The notes under the pieces are model-generated. The model was not told the origin of the DNA and did not search any database. It saw only the letters and a list, made by a program, of their open reading frames with translations. Positions 26,734 through 29,129 of a DNA stretch of 29,129 nucleotides are shown here, in pieces. The position numbers were made by a program, and so were the translations under genes. Numbering within the stretch: the stretch's first letter is position 1; each line of letters starts with the position of its first letter. The DNA comes from an uncultured Nitrososphaerota archaeon (lineage in GTDB: Archaea > Asgardarchaeota > Njordarchaeia > Njordarchaeales > Panguiarchaeaceae): assembly GCA_964636085.1 (NCBI GenBank), contig CAZWPQ010000018.1, positions 1 to 29,129 on the forward strand, written 5' to 3'.

Positions 26734-28284
26734 ATGCTATTTGTTGATCGAGAGGCTGAGTTGAAGGCTTTGGGGTCAGAGTACGAGTTATGTAGAAAAG
26801 GTGTGCGTTGTGGTGTACTTGTCTATGGATGGAGACGGGTGGGAAAGACAAGTTTAGTGAAGTACTTCTTGAGGAATATGGGTGGAGGAATCTACATTAA
26901 TTGTGCTTGGTTATCAAATACAATGTCCTTGGCAAGTAAGGTGAAGGCGTCCATAGCCGAGTTTGATGAGACACTCTCAAACATATTCTGGGGGGAGATC
27001 TCATCCATAGAAGATCCGGAGCAGATACTCTATGCAGCCCTAGAGACAATGGATTCTCTGGCCAAGAAAATGAAAAAAACAAAGCTGATAATAGTATTGG
27101 ATGAATTCCATGTGTTCCTAGAAAATATTGCAAAAAAAATAGCAAGAAAAAAACGCGAGAACATAAATACTGTGAAGGAGAGGGTATTCTGGTTTTTCAA
27201 GGATCTCCTAGAGAGAAAGAACGCGTTTTGGATTCTTCTATCAAGTATTGGATGGGAGAAACTAGAAGAATTGATGTCTCTAAGAAGAGGAGGAGAACAG
27301 CCACTACTCGCCACATTTAGGAGGATACTGATAAGGCCCTTGGATATTGAGTCCTCCATAGAATTGGCTATGAAAATAAAGGAGGGAATACCCCTTGATG
27401 CTGCTAGGACGATAGCCGAGATTTCTGGTGGTATACCTCCAATAATAATAACTCTTGCATCATCGTACGATGGTGCCTCCGTAATAAGATTAACATACAA
27501 CCTCGTAGAAAAAAGAGAGTTTGATGACTTCTTTATCAACATAATAAAACTCATATCTGACCTCTCACGCAGAGATTTACCCGCGTATATCCAGGTTCTA
27601 TCAGCACTGGCTAGAGACATAAAAAGCCCAATAGAAATAAGCAGAAGCACGGGGCTCGACGAGACAGCAGTATCGGAGATCCTAGGAGAACTTACAAAAA
27701 ATGAGATACTCACAAAAAGAAGAGAGAAAGGCAGAGTTCTCTATGAGTTTAGGTATCCACTAATGAAATTCTGGCTAAAAACATCAGAAGAGTTCCTACA
27801 CGAGATAACAATGAAGGATATATCCTCATTGTTGGGAATTTCTGCGGAATCATACATAAGAGAACTTTTAGCGGAAACAATAGGTAAGGAGATAACAATC
27901 TGGGACAACAAACTAGGAACATTTCTAGCAGGAACAGCGAGAGAACTCATACTCAAAATAACTAAGGTTTTCTCTAGAAAAGAGACAGAAAAAGCACTAG
28001 GAGGAATAGAGAATGCCGACACAATTGCTGAGGAAACGAATAGAGTGTTGATAATCGAAGTAAAAACAACAATGAAACCAATAACAAGAAATACCATAGC
28101 CAAACTCGCAAGAGTCATTAGTCAGTATTCAGCAAAAAAAAGAAAACAGGGAATACTAATACAGCTAGGAACAGGAGAAATATCGCCCCCTGCAGTAGCA
28201 GAGGCCATAAGAAACAATATAGTAATCATAACAAGAGAAGGAATACGATTAATAGCAAAGAAAACCAATTTCCCAGAACCATAA
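26734..28284 (+). CDS. Archaeal AAA-type ATPase with wHTH and C-terminal PD-(D/E)xK nuclease-like domain
   Basis: FVDREAEL, Walker A GWRRVGKT, Walker B IIVLDEF, SGGIP, wHTH, and ADTIA...IIEVK. Alternative start 26719. Confidence 0.85.
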   Translation: MLFVDREAELKALGSEYELCRKGVRCGVLVYGWRRVGKTSLVKYFLRNMGGGIYINCAWLSNTMSLASKVKASIAEFDETLSNIFWGEISSIEDPEQILYAALETMDSLAKKMKKTKLIIVLDEFHVFLENIAKKIARKKRENINTVKERVFWFFKDLLERKNAFWILLSSIGWEKLEELMSLRRGGEQPLLATFRRILIRPLDIESSIELAMKIKEGIPLDAARTIAEISGGIPPIIITLASSYDGASVIRLTYNLVEKREFDDFFINIIKLISDLSRRDLPAYIQVLSALARDIKSPIEISRSTGLDETAVSEILGELTKNEILTKRREKGRVLYEFRYPLMKFWLKTSEEFLHEITMKDISSLLGISAESYIRELLAETIGKEITIWDNKLGTFLAGTARELILKITKVFSRKETEKALGGIENADTIAEETNRVLIIEVKTTMKPITRNTIAKLARVISQYSAKKRKQGILIQLGTGEISPPAVAEAIRNNIVIITREGIRLIAKKTNFPEP

Positions 28285-28525
28285 GAATCTAATTCATAAA
28301 CACAATAACACAAATGATATCTCCAAAAACGACTCAAAAATTGCACCAGGGTTTTCCCATATCTGAGAGTCGAAATGGAAATACTCTATTCCATCAATTG
28401 CTTTTGCTTTCTGTTCCCTATCTACTTCAACTCTGGATACCAACCCGATCTCTCTAATGTTGAATATTGCATGTTAGGAGCCATCAAAAATAAGCTAACT
28501 AAACTAATTATGCGACTCCATATGT

Positions 28526-29077
28526 TTATTCTGCGATTATTTCTTCTTTTTCTGTTTTTGGAAGTATTGTCGCTAGTAGGATCAGTATTATGTATATTAG
28601 AGTACCTATCGTGGCTATAGATGGCCCATATATGACGTAGCCCAGTGAATAGACTACTATCCCCCATAGTAGCCCTATTATTGTCTCTGGATTTTTCATT
28701 ATGTGTGCGGTAAATATGAATTTTATGTCGTTGACGTCAGGCATTCCGAGGACTAAAAAACTTATTGTTAGCCAAGATAATATGAGTGCTAGGTCTCCTG
28801 GGCCGAAGTTTATGAGGATGAATATAAGGATTTTTTGTAATGGAACTATAAAGACCACTGCTAGGAACATGGGGGAAATCGCTATTATCTTTATCTTCCA
28901 TAGTTCTATTCTGTGGATGTCTGAGGATAGGACTATTCCTGAATGTATTGTGTCCCTCGTTAGTCCTGTATATAAAACCTCATACATTCTTACTCCAAAA
29001 AGCTTCGAAAATAAATAGTGGGCCGATACATGGAGAAGTCTTCCTGGGAACATCAGCAACCGCAGAAATTTTGACAT
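28526..29077 (-). CDS. Membrane protein of the zincin/M50B-like family with a degenerate HExxH
   Basis: FPGRLLHVSAH (family pattern PGxxxHExxH), ISPM, GMPDVND and several TM segments. Alternative start TTG 29107. Confidence 0.65.
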   Translation of the reverse strand: MSKFLRLLMFPGRLLHVSAHYLFSKLFGVRMYEVLYTGLTRDTIHSGIVLSSDIHRIELWKIKIIAISPMFLAVVFIVPLQKILIFILINFGPGDLALILSWLTISFLVLGMPDVNDIKFIFTAHIMKNPETIIGLLWGIVVYSLGYVIYGPSIATIGTLIYIILILLATILPKTEKEEIIAE

Positions 29078-29129
29078 CCCTGACCATACATAATCCAACA
29101 CCAACAAAATTATCCATGCAACAATAAGC

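Noticed and set aside
28375-28667. ORFs 28375-28620 (+) and 28422-28667 (-)
   Set aside because: They overlap the better-supported membrane-protein gene and show no recognisable motifs.
1-29129. CRISPR array, tRNA or rRNA genes
   Set aside because: No regularly spaced repeats, cloverleaf/T-loop signature or rRNA-like stretch was seen by eye.

Overview
AT-rich, gene-dense archaeal chromosomal segment with about 30 CDS. It is archaeal by TiaS, the ThiDN fusion, Nre, a RadA-type recombinase, Bax1/DUF790 and archaeal AAA ATPases. A longin-like protein suggests an Asgard/Njordarchaeia-like lineage (inference). Most genes are housekeeping: FAD oxidoreductase, FolE, Nudix, ThrRS editing domain, ferritin-like protein, NuoL, MTAP, TiaS, RtcB, ThiDN, M16 peptidase, TauE, radical SAM, VapBC. 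The best candidate for an undescribed system is a four-gene overlapping operon at 22741-25562 (minus strand). It encodes a divergent RadA/Rad51 paralogue, two small mutually similar winged-helix-like proteins (one membrane-anchored) and a Bax1/DUF790 nuclease without its usual XPB partner, and it faces nre. Other highlights: an orphan NuoL with a 26-aa duplication in its lateral helix (as in '2M' complex I), a 55-aa PHD-like Cys8 microprotein missing from the ORF track, a Zn-finger-TiaS fusion, a probable IS200/IS605 right-end remnant overlapping a stop codon, and an ORF split by an in-frame TGA. No tRNA, rRNA or CRISPR array was recognised. All calls are from motif recognition by eye; no searches were run.
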